The notes under the pieces are model-generated. The model did no database searches, had not been told where the DNA came from, and saw only the letters and a program-made list of their open reading frames with translations. A DNA stretch of 64,000 nt from Neocallimastix sp. 'constans' (lineage: Eukaryota): NCBI GenBank assembly GCA_050613775.1, contig JBODTK010000013.1, positions 930,001-994,000 of the forward strand, given 5' to 3'. Within the stretch, counting starts at the first letter, position 1, and every line of letters starts with the position of its first letter. Shown here one piece after another: positions 40,230-55,074 of this stretch. Position numbers and translations under genes: made by a program.

Positions 40230-43200
40230 TATTTTATTAATTTTTTTTTTTAAATAAATAAATCTATATAATTGTTAAAGTATTTTATTAATATTTTTTT
40301 TAAATAATAAATCTATATAATTGTTAAAGTATTTTATTAATAGTTGTTTAAATATTTTATTAATATTTTTTAAATAAATAAATCTATATAATTGTTAAAG
40401 TATTTTATTAATATTTTTTTTTAAATAAATAAATCTATATAATTGTTAAAATATTTTATTAATATTTTTTTTAAATAAATAAATTTATATAATTGTTAAA
40501 GTATTTTATTAATATTTTTTTTAAATAAATAAATCTATATAATTGTTAAAGTATTTTATTAATATTTTTTTTTAAATAAATAAATCTATATAATTGTTAA
40601 AGTATTTTATTAATATTTTTTTTTAAATAAATAAATCTATATAATTGTTAAAGTATTTTATTAATATTTTTTTTAAATAAATAAATCTATATAATTGTTA
40701 AAGTATTTTATTAATATTTTTTTTAAATTAATAAATCTATATAATTGCTAAAGTATTTTATTAATAGTTGTTTAAATATTTTATTAATATTTTTTAAATA
40801 AATAAATCTATATAATTGTTAAAGTATTTTATTAATATTTTTTTTTAAATAAATAAATCTATATAATTGTTAAAGTATTTTATTAATATTTTTTTTTAAA
40901 TAAATAAATCTATATAATTGTTAAAGTATTTTATTAATATTTTTTTTAAATAAATAAATCTATATAATTGCTAAAATATTTTATTAATATTTTTTTTAAA
41001 TAAATAAATCTATATAATTGCTAAATTATTTTATTAATAGTTGTTTAAATATTTTATTAATATTTTTTAAATAAATAAATCTATATAATTGTTAAAGTAT
41101 TTTATTAATATTTTTTTTTAAATAAATAAATCTATATAATTGTTAAAGTATTTTATTAATATTTTTTTTTAAATAAATAAATCTATATAATTGTTAAAGT
41201 ATTTTATTAATATTTTTTTTAAATAAATAAATCTATATAATTGCTAAAATATTTTATTAATAGTTGTTTAAATATTTTATTAATATTTTTTAAATAAATA
41301 AATCTATATAATTGCTAAAATATTTTATTAATAGTTGTTTAAATATTTTATTAATATTTTTTAAATAAATAAATCTATATAATTGTTAAAGTATTTTATT
41401 AATATTTTTTTTAAATAAATAAATCTATATAATTGTTAAAGTATTTTATTAATATTTTTTTTTAAATAAATAAATCTATATAATTGTTAAAGTATTTTAT
41501 TAATATTTTTTTTTAAATAAATAAATCTATATAATTGTTAAAGTATTTTATTAATATTTTTTTTAAATAAATAAATCTATATAATTGCTAAAGTATTTTA
41601 TTAATAGTTGTTTAAATATTTTATTAATATTTTTTAAATAAATAAATCTATATAATTGTTAAAGTATTTTATTAATATTTTTTTTAAATAAATAAATCTA
41701 TATAATTGTTAAAGTATTTTATTAATATTTTTTTTTAAATAAATAAATCTATATAATTGTTAAAGTATTTTATTAATATTTTTTTTAAATAAATAAATCT
41801 ATATAATTGTTAAAGTATTTTATTAATATTTTTTTTAAATTAATAAATCTATATAATTGCTAAAGTATTTTATTAATAGTTGTTTAAATATTTTATTAAT
41901 ATTTTTTAAATAAATAAATCTATATAATTGTTAAAGTATTTTATTAATATTTTTTTTTAAATAAATAAATCTATATAATTGTTAAAGTATTTTATTAATA
42001 TTTTTTTTTAAATAAATAAATCTATATAATTGTTAAAGTATTTTATTAATATTTTTTTTTAAATAAATAAATCTATATAATTGCTAAAGTATTTTATTAA
42101 TATTTTTTTTAAATAAATAAATCTATATAATTGCTAAAGTATTTTATTAATATTTTTTTTAAATAAATAAATCTATACAATTGCTAAAGTATTTTATTAA
42201 TAGTTGTTTAAATATTTTATTAATATTTTTTAAATAAATAAATCTATATAATTGTTAAAGTATTTTATTAATATTTTTTTTAAATTAATAAATCTATATA
42301 ATTGCTAAAGTATTTTATTAATAGTTGTTTAAATATTTTATTAATATTTTTTAAATAAATAAATCTATATAATTGTTAAAGTATTTTATTAATATTTTTT
42401 TTTAAATAAATAAATCTATATAATTGTTAAAATATTTTATTAATATTTTTTTTAAATAAATAAATTTATATAATTGTTAAAGTATTTTATTAATATTTTT
42501 TTTAAATAAATAAATCTATATAATTGTTAAAGTATTTTATTAATATTTTTTTTTAAATAAATAAATCTATATAATTGTTAAAGTATTTTATTAATATTTT
42601 TTTTTAAATAAATAAATCTATATAATTGTTAAAGTATTTTATTAATATTTTTTTTAAATAAATAAATCTATATAATTGTTAAAGTATTTTATTAATATTT
42701 TTTTTAAATTAATAAATCTATATAATTGCTAAAGTATTTTATTAATAGTTGTTTAAATATTTTATTAATATTTTTTAAATAAATAAATCTATATAATTGT
42801 TAAAGTATTTTATTAATATTTTTTTTTAAATAAATAAATCTATATAATTGTTAAAGTATTTTATTAATATTTTTTTTTAAATAAATAAATCTATATAATT
42901 GTTAAAGTATTTTATTAATATTTTTTTTTAAATAAATAAATCTATATAATTGTTAAAGTATTTTATTAATATTTTTTTTAAATAAATAAATCTATATAAT
43001 TGCTAAAGTATTTTATTAATATTTTTTTTAAATAAATAAATCTATATAATTGCTAAATTATTTTATTAATAGTTGTTTAAATATTTTATTAATATTTTTT
43101 AAATAAATAAATCTATATAATTGTTAAAGTATTTTATTAATATTTTTTTTTAAATAAATAAATCTATATAATTGTTAAAGTATTTTATTAATATTTTTTT

Positions 43201-46200
43201 TTAAATAAATAAATCTATATAATTGTTAAAGTATTTTATTAATATTTTTTTTAAATAAATAAATCTATATAATTGCTAAAATATTTTATTAATAGTTGTT
43301 TAAATATTTTATTAATATTTTTTAAATAAATAAATCTATATAATTGCTAAAATATTTTATTAATAGTTGTTTAAATATTTTATTAATATTTTTTAAATAA
43401 ATAAATCTATATAATTGTTAAAGTATTTTATTAATATTTTTTTTAAATAAATAAATCTATATAATTGTTAAAGTATTTTATTAATATTTTTTTAAATAAA
43501 TAAATCTATATAATTGCTAAAGTATTTTATTAATATTTTTTTTAAATAAATAAATCTATATAATTGCTAAAGTATTTTATTAATAGTTGTTTAAATATTT
43601 TATTAATATTTTTTAAATAAATAAATCTATATAATTGTTAAAGTATTTTATTAATATTTTTTTTAAATAAATAAATCTATATAATTGCTAAAATATTTTA
43701 TTAATAGTTGTTTAAATATTTTATTAATATTTTTTAAATAAATAAATCTATATAATTGTTAAAGTATTTTATTAATATTTTTTTTAAATAAATAAATCTA
43801 TATAATTGTTAAAGTATTTTATTAATATTTTTTTAAATAAATAAATCTATATAATTGCTAAAGTATTTTATTAATATTTTTTTTAAATAAATAAATCTAT
43901 ATAATTGCTAAAGTATTTTATTAATAGTTGTTTAAATATTTTATTAATATTTTTTAAATAAATAAATCTATATAATTGTTAAAGTATTTTATTAATATTT
44001 TTTTTAAATAAATAAATCTATATAATTGCTAAAATATTTTATTAATAGTTGTTTAAATATTTTATTAATATTTTTTAAATAAATAAATCTATATAATTGT
44101 TAAAGTATTTTATTAATATTTTTTTTAAATAAATAAATCTATATAATTGTTAAAGTATTTTATTAATATTTTTTTTAAATAAATAAATCTATATAATTGC
44201 TAAATTATTTTATTAATAGTTGTTTAAATATTTTATTAATATTTTTTAAATAAATAAATCTATATAATTGTTAAAGTATTTTATTAATATTTTTTTTTAA
44301 ATAAATAAATCTATATAATTGTTAAAGTATTTTATTAATATTTTTTTTTAAATAAATAAATCTATATAATTGTTAAAGTATTTTATTAATATTTTTTTTA
44401 AATAAATAAATCTATATAATTGCTAAAATATTTTATTAATAGTTGTTTAAATATTTTATTAATATTTTTTAAATAAATAAATCTATATAATTGCTAAAAT
44501 ATTTTATTAATAGTTGTTTAAATATTTTATTAATATTTTTTAAATAAATAAATCTATATAATTGTTAAAGTATTTTATTAATATTTTTTTTAAATAAATA
44601 AATCTATATAATTGTTAAAGTATTTTATTAATATTTTTTTAAATAAATAAATCTATATAATTGCTAAAGTATTTTATTAATATTTTTTTTAAATAAATAA
44701 ATCTATATAATTGCTAAAGTATTTTATTAATAGTTGTTTAAATATTTTATTAATATTTTTTAAATAAATAAATCTATATAATTGTTAAAGTATTTTATTA
44801 ATATTTTTTTTAAATAAATAAATCTATATAATTGCTAAAATATTTTATTAATAGTTGTTTAAATATTTTATTAATATTTTTTAAATAAATAAATCTATAT
44901 AATTGTTAAAGTATTTTATTAATATTTTTTTTAAATAAATAAATCTATATAATTGTTAAAGTATTTTATTAATATTTTTTTAAATAAATAAATCTATATA
45001 ATTGCTAAAGTATTTTATTAATATTTTTTTTAAATAAATAAATCTATATAATTGCTAAAGTATTTTATTAATAGTTGTTTAAATATTTTATTAATATTTT
45101 TTAAATAAATAAATCTATATAATTGTTAAAGTATTTTATTAATATTTTTTTTAAATAAATAAATCTATATAATTGCTAAAATATTTTATTAATAGTTGTT
45201 TAAATATTTTATTAATATTTTTTAAATAAATAAATCTATATAATTGTTAAAGTATTTTATTAATATTTTTTTTAAATAAATAAATCTATATAATTGTTAA
45301 AGTATTTTATTAATATTTTTTTTTAAATAAATAAATCTATATAATTGTTAAAGTATTTTATTAATATTTTTTTTTTAAATAAATAAATCTATATAATTGT
45401 TAAAGTATTTTAATAATATTTTTTTTAAATAAATAAATCTATATAATTGCTAAAATATTTTATTAATAGTTGTTTAAATATTTTATTAATATTTTTTAAA
45501 TAAATAAATCTATATAATTGCTAAAATATTTTATTAATATTTTTTTTAAATAAATAAATCTATATAATTGTTAAAGTATTTTATTAATATTTTTTTAAAT
45601 AAATAAATCTATATAATTGCTAAAGTATTTTATTAATATTTTTTTTAAATAAATAAATCTATATAATTGCTAAAATATTTTATTAATAGTTGTTTAAATA
45701 TTTTATTAATATTTTTTAAATAAATAAATCTATATAATTGTTAAAGTATTTTATTAATATTTTTTTTAAATAAATAAATCTATATAATTGTTAAAGTATT
45801 TTATTAATATTTTTTTAAATAAATAAATCTATATAATTGCTAAAGTATTTTATTAATATTTTTTTTAAATAAATAAATCTATATAATTGCTAAAGTATTT
45901 TATTAATAGTTGTTTAAATATTTTATTAATATTTTTTAAATAAATAAATCTATATAATTGTTAAAGTATTTTATTAATATTTTTTTTAAATAAATAAATC
46001 TATATAATTGCTAAAATATTTTATTAATAGTTGTTTAAATATTTTATTAATATTTTTTAAATAAATAAATCTATATAATTGTTAAAGTATTTTATTAATA
46101 TTTTTTTTAAATAAATAAATCTATATAATTGTTAAAGTATTTTATTAATATTTTTTTTAAATAAATAAATCTATATAATTGCTAAATTATTTTATTAATA

Positions 46201-49200
46201 GTTGTTTAAATATTTTATTAATATTTTTTAAATAAATAAATCTATATAATTGTTAAAGTATTTTATTAATATTTTTTTTTAAATAAATAAATCTATATAA
46301 TTGTTAAAGTATTTTATTAATATTTTTTTTTAAATAAATAAATCTATATAATTGTTAAAGTATTTTATTAATATTTTTTTTAAATAAATAAATCTATATA
46401 ATTGCTAAAATATTTTATTAATAGTTGTTTAAATATTTTATTAATATTTTTTAAATAAATAAATCTATATAATTGCTAAAATATTTTATTAATAGTTGTT
46501 TAAATATTTTATTAATATTTTTTAAATAAATAAATCTATATAATTGTTAAAGTATTTTATTAATATTTTTTTTAAATAAATAAATCTATATAATTGTTAA
46601 AGTATTTTATTAATATTTTTTTAAATAAATAAATCTATATAATTGCTAAAGTATTTTATTAATATTTTTTTTAAATAAATAAATCTATATAATTGCTAAA
46701 GTATTTTATTAATAGTTGTTTAAATATTTTATTAATATTTTTTAAATAAATAAATCTATATAATTGTTAAAGTATTTTATTAATATTTTTTTTAAATAAA
46801 TAAATCTATATAATTGCTAAAATATTTTATTAATAGTTGTTTAAATATTTTATTAATATTTTTTAAATAAATAAATCTATATAATTGTTAAAGTATTTTA
46901 TTAATATTTTTTTTAAATAAATAAATCTATATAATTGTTAAAGTATTTTATTAATATTTTTTTAAATAAATAAATCTATATAATTGCTAAAGTATTTTAT
47001 TAATATTTTTTTTAAATAAATAAATCTATATAATTGCTAAAGTATTTTATTAATAGTTGTTTAAATATTTTATTAATATTTTTTAAATAAATAAATCTAT
47101 ATAATTGTTAAAGTATTTTATTAATATTTTTTTTAAATAAATAAATCTATATAATTGCTAAAATATTTTATTAATAGTTGTTTAAATATTTTATTAATAT
47201 TTTTTAAATAAATAAATCTATATAATTGTTAAAGTATTTTATTAATATTTTTTTTAAATAAATAAATCTATATAATTGTTAAAGTATTTTATTAATATTT
47301 TTTTTTAAATAAATAAATCTATATAATTGTTAAAGTATTTTATTAATATTTTTTTTTTAAATAAATAAATCTATATAATTGTTAAAGTATTTTAATAATA
47401 TTTTTTTTAAATAAATAAATCTATATAATTGCTAAAATATTTTATTAATAGTTGTTTAAATATTTTATTAATATTTTTTAAATAAATAAATCTATATAAT
47501 TGCTAAAATGTTTTATTAATATTTTTTTTAAATAAATAAATCTATATAATTGTTAAAGTATTTTATTAATATTTTTTTAAATAAATAAATCTATATAATT
47601 GCTAAAGTATTTTATTAATATTTTTTTTAAATAAATAAATCTATATAATTGCTAAAGTATTTTATTAATAGTTGTTTAAATATTTTATTAATATTTTTTA
47701 AATAAATAAATCTATATAATTGTTAAAGTATTTTATTAATATTTTTTTTTAAATAAATAAATCTATATAATTGTTAAAGTATTTTATTAATATTTTTTTT
47801 TAAATAAATAAATCTATATAATTGTTAAAGTATTTTATTAATATTTTTTTTTAAATAAATAAATCTATATAATTGTTAAAGTATTTTATTAATATTTTTT
47901 TTAAATAAATAAATCTATATAATTGCTAAAGTATTTTATTAATATTTTTTTTAAATAAATAAATCTATATAATTGCTAAATTATTTTATTAATAGTTGTT
48001 TAAATATTTTATTAATATTTTTTAAATAAATAAATCTATATAATTGTTAAAGTATTTTATTAATATTTTTTTTTAAATAAATAAATCTATATAATTGTTA
48101 AAGTATTTTATTAATATTTTTTTTTAAATAAATAAATCTATATAATTGTTAAAGTATTTTATTAATATTTTTTTTAAATAAATAAATCTATATAATTGCT
48201 AAAATATTTTATTAATAGTTGTTTAAATATTTTATTAATATTTTTTAAATAAATAAATCTATATAATTGCTAAAATATTTTATTAATAGTTGTTTAAATA
48301 TTTTATTAATATTTTTTAAATAAATAAATCTATATAATTGTTAAAGTATTTTATTAATATTTTTTTTAAATAAATAAATCTATATAATTGTTAAAGTATT
48401 TTATTAATATTTTTTTTTAAATAAATAAATCTATATAATTGTTAAAGTATTTTATTAATATTTTTTTTTAAATAAATAAATCTATATAATTGTTAAAGTA
48501 TTTTATTAATATTTTTTTTAAATAAATAAATCTATATAATTGTTAAAGTATTTTATTAATATTTTTTTAAATAAATAAATCTATATAATTGCTAAAGTAT
48601 TTTATTAATATTTTTTTTAAATAAATAAATCTATATAATTGCTAAAGTATTTTATTAATAGTTGTTTAAATATTTTATTAATATTTTTTAAATAAATAAA
48701 TCTATATAATTGTTAAAGTATTTTATTAATATTTTTTTTTAAATAAATAAATCTATATAATTGTTAAAATATTTTATTAATATTTTTTTTAAATAAATAA
48801 ATTTATATAATTGTTAAAGTATTTTATTAATATTTTTTTTAAATAAATAAATCTATATAATTGTTAAAGTATTTTATTAATATTTTTTTTTAAATAAATA
48901 AATCTATATAATTGTTAAAGTATTTTATTAATATTTTTTTAAATAAATAAATCTATATAATTGCTAAAGTATTTTATTAATATTTTTTTTAAATAAATAA
49001 ATCTATATAATTGCTAAAATATTTTATTAATAGTTGTTTAAATATTTTATTAATATTTTTTAAATAAATAAATCTATATAATTGCTAAAATATTTTATTA
49101 ATAGTTGTTTAAATAAATAAATCTATATAATTGCTAAAGTATTTTATTAATAGTTGTTTAAATATTTTATTAATATTTTTTAAATAAATAAATCTATATA

Positions 49201-49225
49201 ATTGTTAAAGTATTTTATTAATATA
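40230..49225. repeat. ~9 kb satellite array of ~50-bp and ~70-bp units
   Basis: Unit TAAATAAATAAATCTATATAATTG(T/C)TAAAGTATTTTATTAATA(T)n. The long variant adds GTTGTTTAAATATTTTATTAATA. Confidence 0.98.
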
Positions 49226-49571
49226 TTTTTTTTTAAAATAAACCTTTTAATTGTTTGAATATTAAACCTTTTAATTGTTTGAATATTTTATTTTAATTTT
49301 TTTATTTTTGTAAAAAAATATTTATTTTTATCTAACCATTATAATTTATTTAATTATTCACTTAATAAATTTTAAGAAAAAAATTACAAATTAATAATAC
49401 AACAAAATAGTATCATATAATTATTAATTTAAAAAGCCTCAAAATTTGATATATCACGTGAAAAAAATTGGCGTTTTGGACCTCTCCCTAATTATTCTTA
49501 TCTAAATAACTTTAAATATGGCTAATTAATTAAACTTTAATAGAGAAATGAATAGGAATAAATAAGAGTAG

Positions 49572-49617
<46 letters not shown>

Positions 49618-50630
49618 AAAAGAGCCAGAAAGATTTACCAGAGAGATAAAACAAAAAAATAAAAAAAATAGTTACTATCAATATTATTATTACTATGAAA
49701 TATTTATGTTTCATAAAATAAAAAAAAATTAAAGAATGAATAATTTATTGTAAATAATTTCTTTCTATATATAATAATTAATGCTTGATTATACAAATAA
49801 TATATAAAATATAATATAATGAATATAATGAACATAAAATAAAAAAATAAAAAATAAAACATAAATAAAATGAAGTAAAATAAAACTAAGATAAAAGATT
49901 AATAAAAAATAAATTAAAAAAAATAAAAATTGACAAAAAAAAAAAGATAAAAATAATGTTCATTTTCCATATATTTATGATGACTAGTGTTTATTCATGT
50001 GATTAAATATAATATGTATTTAATTAAAATTTTATGGGGTATCCACTTTTTTGATCTAAGCACAAAAATAAATATATTTTTATATATTATTTATATATAT
50101 TTATATAATAGACGGATTAATTATTTTAACCAAAAAACATTTCCGTAAGATTCCGGGATATATTATATATATATATATATTTTTTTTAATTTTTTAATCA
50201 AAAAGATTACATAAAAGTACTTATAATATTATTATTTTTAAATAATTTCTTTAAATTAATTATAAGATCAAAATATATAACATATATATATATATATTTT
50301 TCCTTTTCTTTTATTATTTTAATTTTTATTTATTTTATCTTATTTCATATGGTTTATTATCTTTTTAGTTATTTTTATTATTAGAATGAAATTATTATTT
50401 TATTTTAGAATTATATTTTTTATTTTTTTTTTTTTTTTTTTGAATAATATTTTTAAAATATTGAAATAATTTCGAAACCACCTTTTATATAATATGTATA
50501 ATAATTAGTGTATATTAATGTTGTAATTATCCTGGCAATTGAAATTTAAAAAAGTAAAAAATAAAATAAAATATTAAGTTATATTAAATCCATATTCATA
50601 TAAAGTTATTGATAATGAAATAAAGTATGT

Positions 50631-50716
50631 AATAAGTAGGTGTTTATATATATATATATATTATTTTTAGTATATATATATAAACACCTACTTATTTTAT
50701 ATATATACTAAAAATA
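50631..50716. repeat. Interleaved double inverted repeat (A-B-A'-B')
   Basis: 50631-50656 pairs with 50671-50696; 50662-50679 pairs with 50699-50716. Confidence 0.85.
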
Positions 50717-51545
50717 GTTTAACTTGGAATTTTGGAAGTATCATTTTAAATAATAGTAATATTTATTTTAACATGTATTAAGTAAAAAAATAAGTTTCCA
50801 CAGTTCAAGAATTATCATTATTCTACTCTACTAAACTAAATCTTATCTTAATTTTTAGATTTTTTTTTTTTTGCTTTTTTTTTTATTGACTAAAAATATT
50901 TATTTATATATATTTTAATTAAATTATACTTTTACCATAATAATTATCCATTAATCCATCTTATCCAATTATTAAGTATTTGAATAAAAATAATTTTTTT
51001 TTTTATTCTATCATCTATCATCATTTATGGAATATTTTTATACTTTTCTTTTAAATATAATATAATAATATATAATATAATAATATAATTTTATTGAGGT
51101 GTCATCAATACAATACATTTTAAATACGTAATGTATTCTACATCTATTATTTTACCTTTTTTTATTTTTATATTTTATTTTTTATTTTTTATTTTTATTT
51201 TTATTTTTATTTTTTATTTTCTTTTTTATTATATTTTATTATATTTTATAATATTTTATTTTATTATATTTTATTATACTTTATTATATTTTATTATATT
51301 TTATTTTTTATTTTAATTTTTCTCATATTTTCATTTTCTTCAAATAAAAAATAATTTCTTCTTCTTCTTCTTCTATTTTATTTCTAAACGGTATAATTAA
51401 ATTTTACTCAATCCAACCAATAGTCTTTCAGAGTGATATTCATTAAGCAATATAAATGATAATATATTAATTCATAGTATTCTCCACATATTAACAATTA
51501 AATAGAATATTTTTAAATGTTAAATTTTATTTTATTTTATTTCAT

Positions 51546-51600
<55 letters not shown>

Positions 51601-52594
51601 TTATAATTATATTTTATTTATTTATTTATTGGTTATTTATTTATTTATTTTTATTTTTATTGTTGATTAAATTTTTTATTTTTATTTTTATTTAATATTC
51701 TACTTTCTTTTATGTAAATAAAAAAATGATAAAATTAAATTTATATGTTTTATTTTATTCATATATTATTATTAATATTATTATTATATTCATTTCTATT
51801 CAATTTTATACTATTTATTTCATTTTTTTTTTTTTTTTTGATAATGATTTTGTATAAAAAAGGTTAAATGAAAAATGATTAAATAAATAATACTAAAAAA
51901 TAAATAAATAAATGATTAATAAGTAAATAAATATTATTAATGAATATATATATATTATAGGATAGATGGTATAAAATATTTATGGATATTGCAAATTTTT
52001 ATTTTTGAATATATTTATTTTTTATTATGAAGTACAGATAATTTTTCATTATTGAGTTAAAGAAATATAATTAAAAGTATAACCGTTATTTCGATAATTT
52101 AATAATATAAAATTAAAAGTAAATACCTTTTTAATATGTAAGGAAATAAAATTAAATAAAATATAATTAATAAATAATAAATAATAATAATTTTAATTTA
52201 ATTAATAATAAATAAATAAGTTTATAATTGTGTATATGAATAATAAAGCTTTCTAAAAGAAAAAAAAAATGTTTTCTCTTTTATTCCTTTTTTTAATTAA
52301 TTAGTATAGAATATATTAATTTAATAGTTTCAATTTTATTCGATTATTAAAAAATAGTTTATAATATATGTATAATAAAAATTAATTATATATTATAGTA
52401 GTATAATTAATATATCCATTAATATATTAATTGATATATTAAATTTTTCTGGTAATTTTTTTTTTATTTTCGTTTTTATATATAAAAGAAAATAGTGTAT
52501 GATTAAATTTTTTTTTTCTTACTTTTCGTAATATCTAAAATAAAAAATATATACATATTTTTTAATCGCCTTACCAAGTCATCCAATTAACAAA

Positions 52595-54299
52595 ATGATT
52601 TCTGGCAACGTTATCTCTAAGACTTCAGGTAAAATAATTTTAAATTGAGTTAAAAACAAAGTGTATAAAGAGAACATATTATAATGAAAGAAAGAAATAA
52701 AAATTATAATTAAAAATTATAAGATAAAGAGAAAATAATTAGTAAATTAAAATTGATCTTTACTATATATAATAAAAAGAAAGAATTAATAATTGAGAGT
52801 TAAAATAGATAGGTTATATTTTATTTTTTTAATAAATAAGTATATTTAAAAGTAAAAATAGTAAGGAAAAGAAATATAAATTTGTAATAGTTCTTAAAGA
52901 TGATAAAGTTTATGTATATATAATATTTTAGTTGATTATTAATAATATATCTAATCAAAATAAATTTTTTTTTAATAATTATTAGTCTCTTCCTTCAAGA
53001 GATTATACTCTACTGCTTATGAAGCTACCTTAAAGAACTTACTTATCAACAAGAACACCAAGGTTATCACCCAAGGTTTCACTGGTAAACAAGTATGCAT
53101 TACAAATTGAAATTAAAATTAAAAGATTAATCAATCATCAATTAAAAATTTAATAATATAAAATAAGAAATAATAATAATTGCTAATAAAATATAATTAT
53201 AAATAATAATTATAATAGGGTACTTTCCACGCTAAGAATGCTCTTGCTTACGGTACCAAAATGCTCGGTGGTGTTTCCCCAAAGAAGGCTGGTACTAAGC
53301 ACTTAGGTCTTCCAGTTTTCAAGTCTGTCCAAGACGTAAGTATTATTATATATATGAATTATATATGAATAAATTATTAGTAGAATTTTTTTTTATAAAA
53401 ATAAAGATGTTGTTTTATTAATAAAGTTGAATTTTATATAAACAAATAGGCTTGTGATGCCCTTCACCCAGATGCTTCTGTCATCTATGTTCCACCACCA
53501 GGTGCTGCCTCTGCCATCTTAGAAGCCATTGAAGCTGAAGTTCCTTTAGTTGTTTGTATTACTGAAGGTATTCCACAACAAGATATGGTTAAGGTAAATA
53601 ATTTGTGAAAAAAATTTTATTAAAATAATATGTTAATCAAGTAATAATATTTTATGATAATAGACATTAATATTAATTAATTAAATATTTATTATTTTTA
53701 CTATTAAAAAAAAGGTTGTTGATGCTCTTAACTCCCAAAGCAAGACCAGACTTGTTGGTCCAAACTGTCCAGGTGTTATTAAGGCTGAAGAATGTAAGAT
53801 CGGTATTATGCCAGGTCACATCCACACTAAGGGTAAGATCGGTATTGTTTCTCGTTCTGGTACTCTTACTTACGAAGCTGTCAACCAAACTACTAAGGCT
53901 GGTTTAGGTCAAACTTTAGTTTACGGTATTGGTGGTGATCCATTCAACGGTACTAACTTCATTGATGCTCTTAAGATCTTCCTTAACGATGAAGCCACTG
54001 AAGGTATCATCCTTATTGGTGAAATTGGTGGTTCTGCTGAAGAAGAAGCCTCTGAATTCCTTAAGCAATACAACCTTACTCGTAAGGTTCCAAAGCCAGT
54101 TGCTTCCTTCATTGCTGGTCGTACTGCTCCACCAGGCCGTCGTATGGGTCACGCTGGTGCCATTGTTGCTGGTGGTAAGGGTGGTGCTGACGATAAGGTC
54201 AAGGCCCTTCAATCCGCTGGTGTCGTTGTTTCTGCTTCCCCAGCTCAAATGGGTGCTAAGTTAAGAGAAACTATGCTTGCTCGTGGTTTAATTCATTAA
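52595..54299 (+). CDS. scsA: Succinyl-CoA ligase alpha subunit, organellar (probably hydrogenosomal), 5 exons
   Basis: Exons 52595-52628, 52986-53092, 53219-53335, 53450-53593 and 53716-54299, all introns GT-AG. Motifs [39 protein letters not shown] and phospho-His RMGHAGA. N-terminal presequence-like [21 protein letters not shown]. Confidence 0.97.
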
Positions 54300-55074
54300 A
54301 TTATTTAGAATCTAATTTATATTTGTAAATTTATTTATTTTCTCTTAATTTCTATCTTAAGAAAAAAAAAAGAAATTAAAAAAAATCCCTCTTTATATCG
54401 TAAAATTTTAGACCATAATCATTAGACCATTAAAAAAAATTTGTTTAATATTTTTTAATATGAAAGAAAAGGGAAAATTCAAAGTTTACAAAGAATAGAA
54501 AAAAAATTAACTATAATTCCCACCAAAATTTTCAAATAAATAAAAAATAATATAATGTTATTAATATAAAATAAAATAGTTTATTTTGTTTTTTCAAAGT
54601 AAATTATAAATATATTAATAAATTATATCCCTTTAAAAATAAAACCAAATAATTTTTTTTTAAAATAATTTTATTATGTATATATATTTGAGAGAAATTT
54701 TTAAAAAAGGTTAAAAAAAAAGTTTTAAAAAAATTTTTTTTCAAAATTACATTAAATTTTTAAAAATAAAAAACAAAGAAAGAATATTTTATAGAAAGTT
54801 AAAAAATAATAATAAAAATAAACACAAATTTAAAAGAAAGTTAAAAAAAAAAAAAAAGTAAATAAAATAAATTAATAATACTATTATATTTATACCAAAA
54901 ATATTTACTGAGAGTTTCTATATATAATTATTAGATTTAAATTTTATGCTTTTATTCATTGGTTATATTTGTTTAATTTTTGTATTATTGTATTTTTATA
55001 TATATATGTTTTAGATTTTAAGTGGTACTGATAATAATACTAATAATAGGAATAATATTGTTAATAATAGTTGA

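Larger units (their letters stand above)
36873..49488 (+). mobile_element. Complete Mutator-like DNA transposon (MULE-2), 12616 bp, carrying a ~9 kb satellite
   Basis: Perfect 9-bp TSD TAATTATTC (36864-36872 and 49489-49497). Imperfect 28-bp TIRs GAATGTGGTCCATTTCGCCAATTTTTTT vs reverse complement GGGAGAGGTCCAAAACGCCAATTTTTTT. Confidence 0.92.

Noticed and set aside
40230..49225. CRISPR or telomeric array
   Set aside because: No unique spacers, no G-rich telomere unit, and it lies inside a TSD-bounded transposon with genes on both sides.
36873..49488. Fanzor/TnpB cargo in the MULEs
   Set aside because: No RuvC or zinc-finger ORF remnant other than the transposase was recognised in either element.
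53673..54264. Alternative-frame and antisense ORFs over scsA
   Set aside because: By-products of strong codon bias in the last scsA exon.
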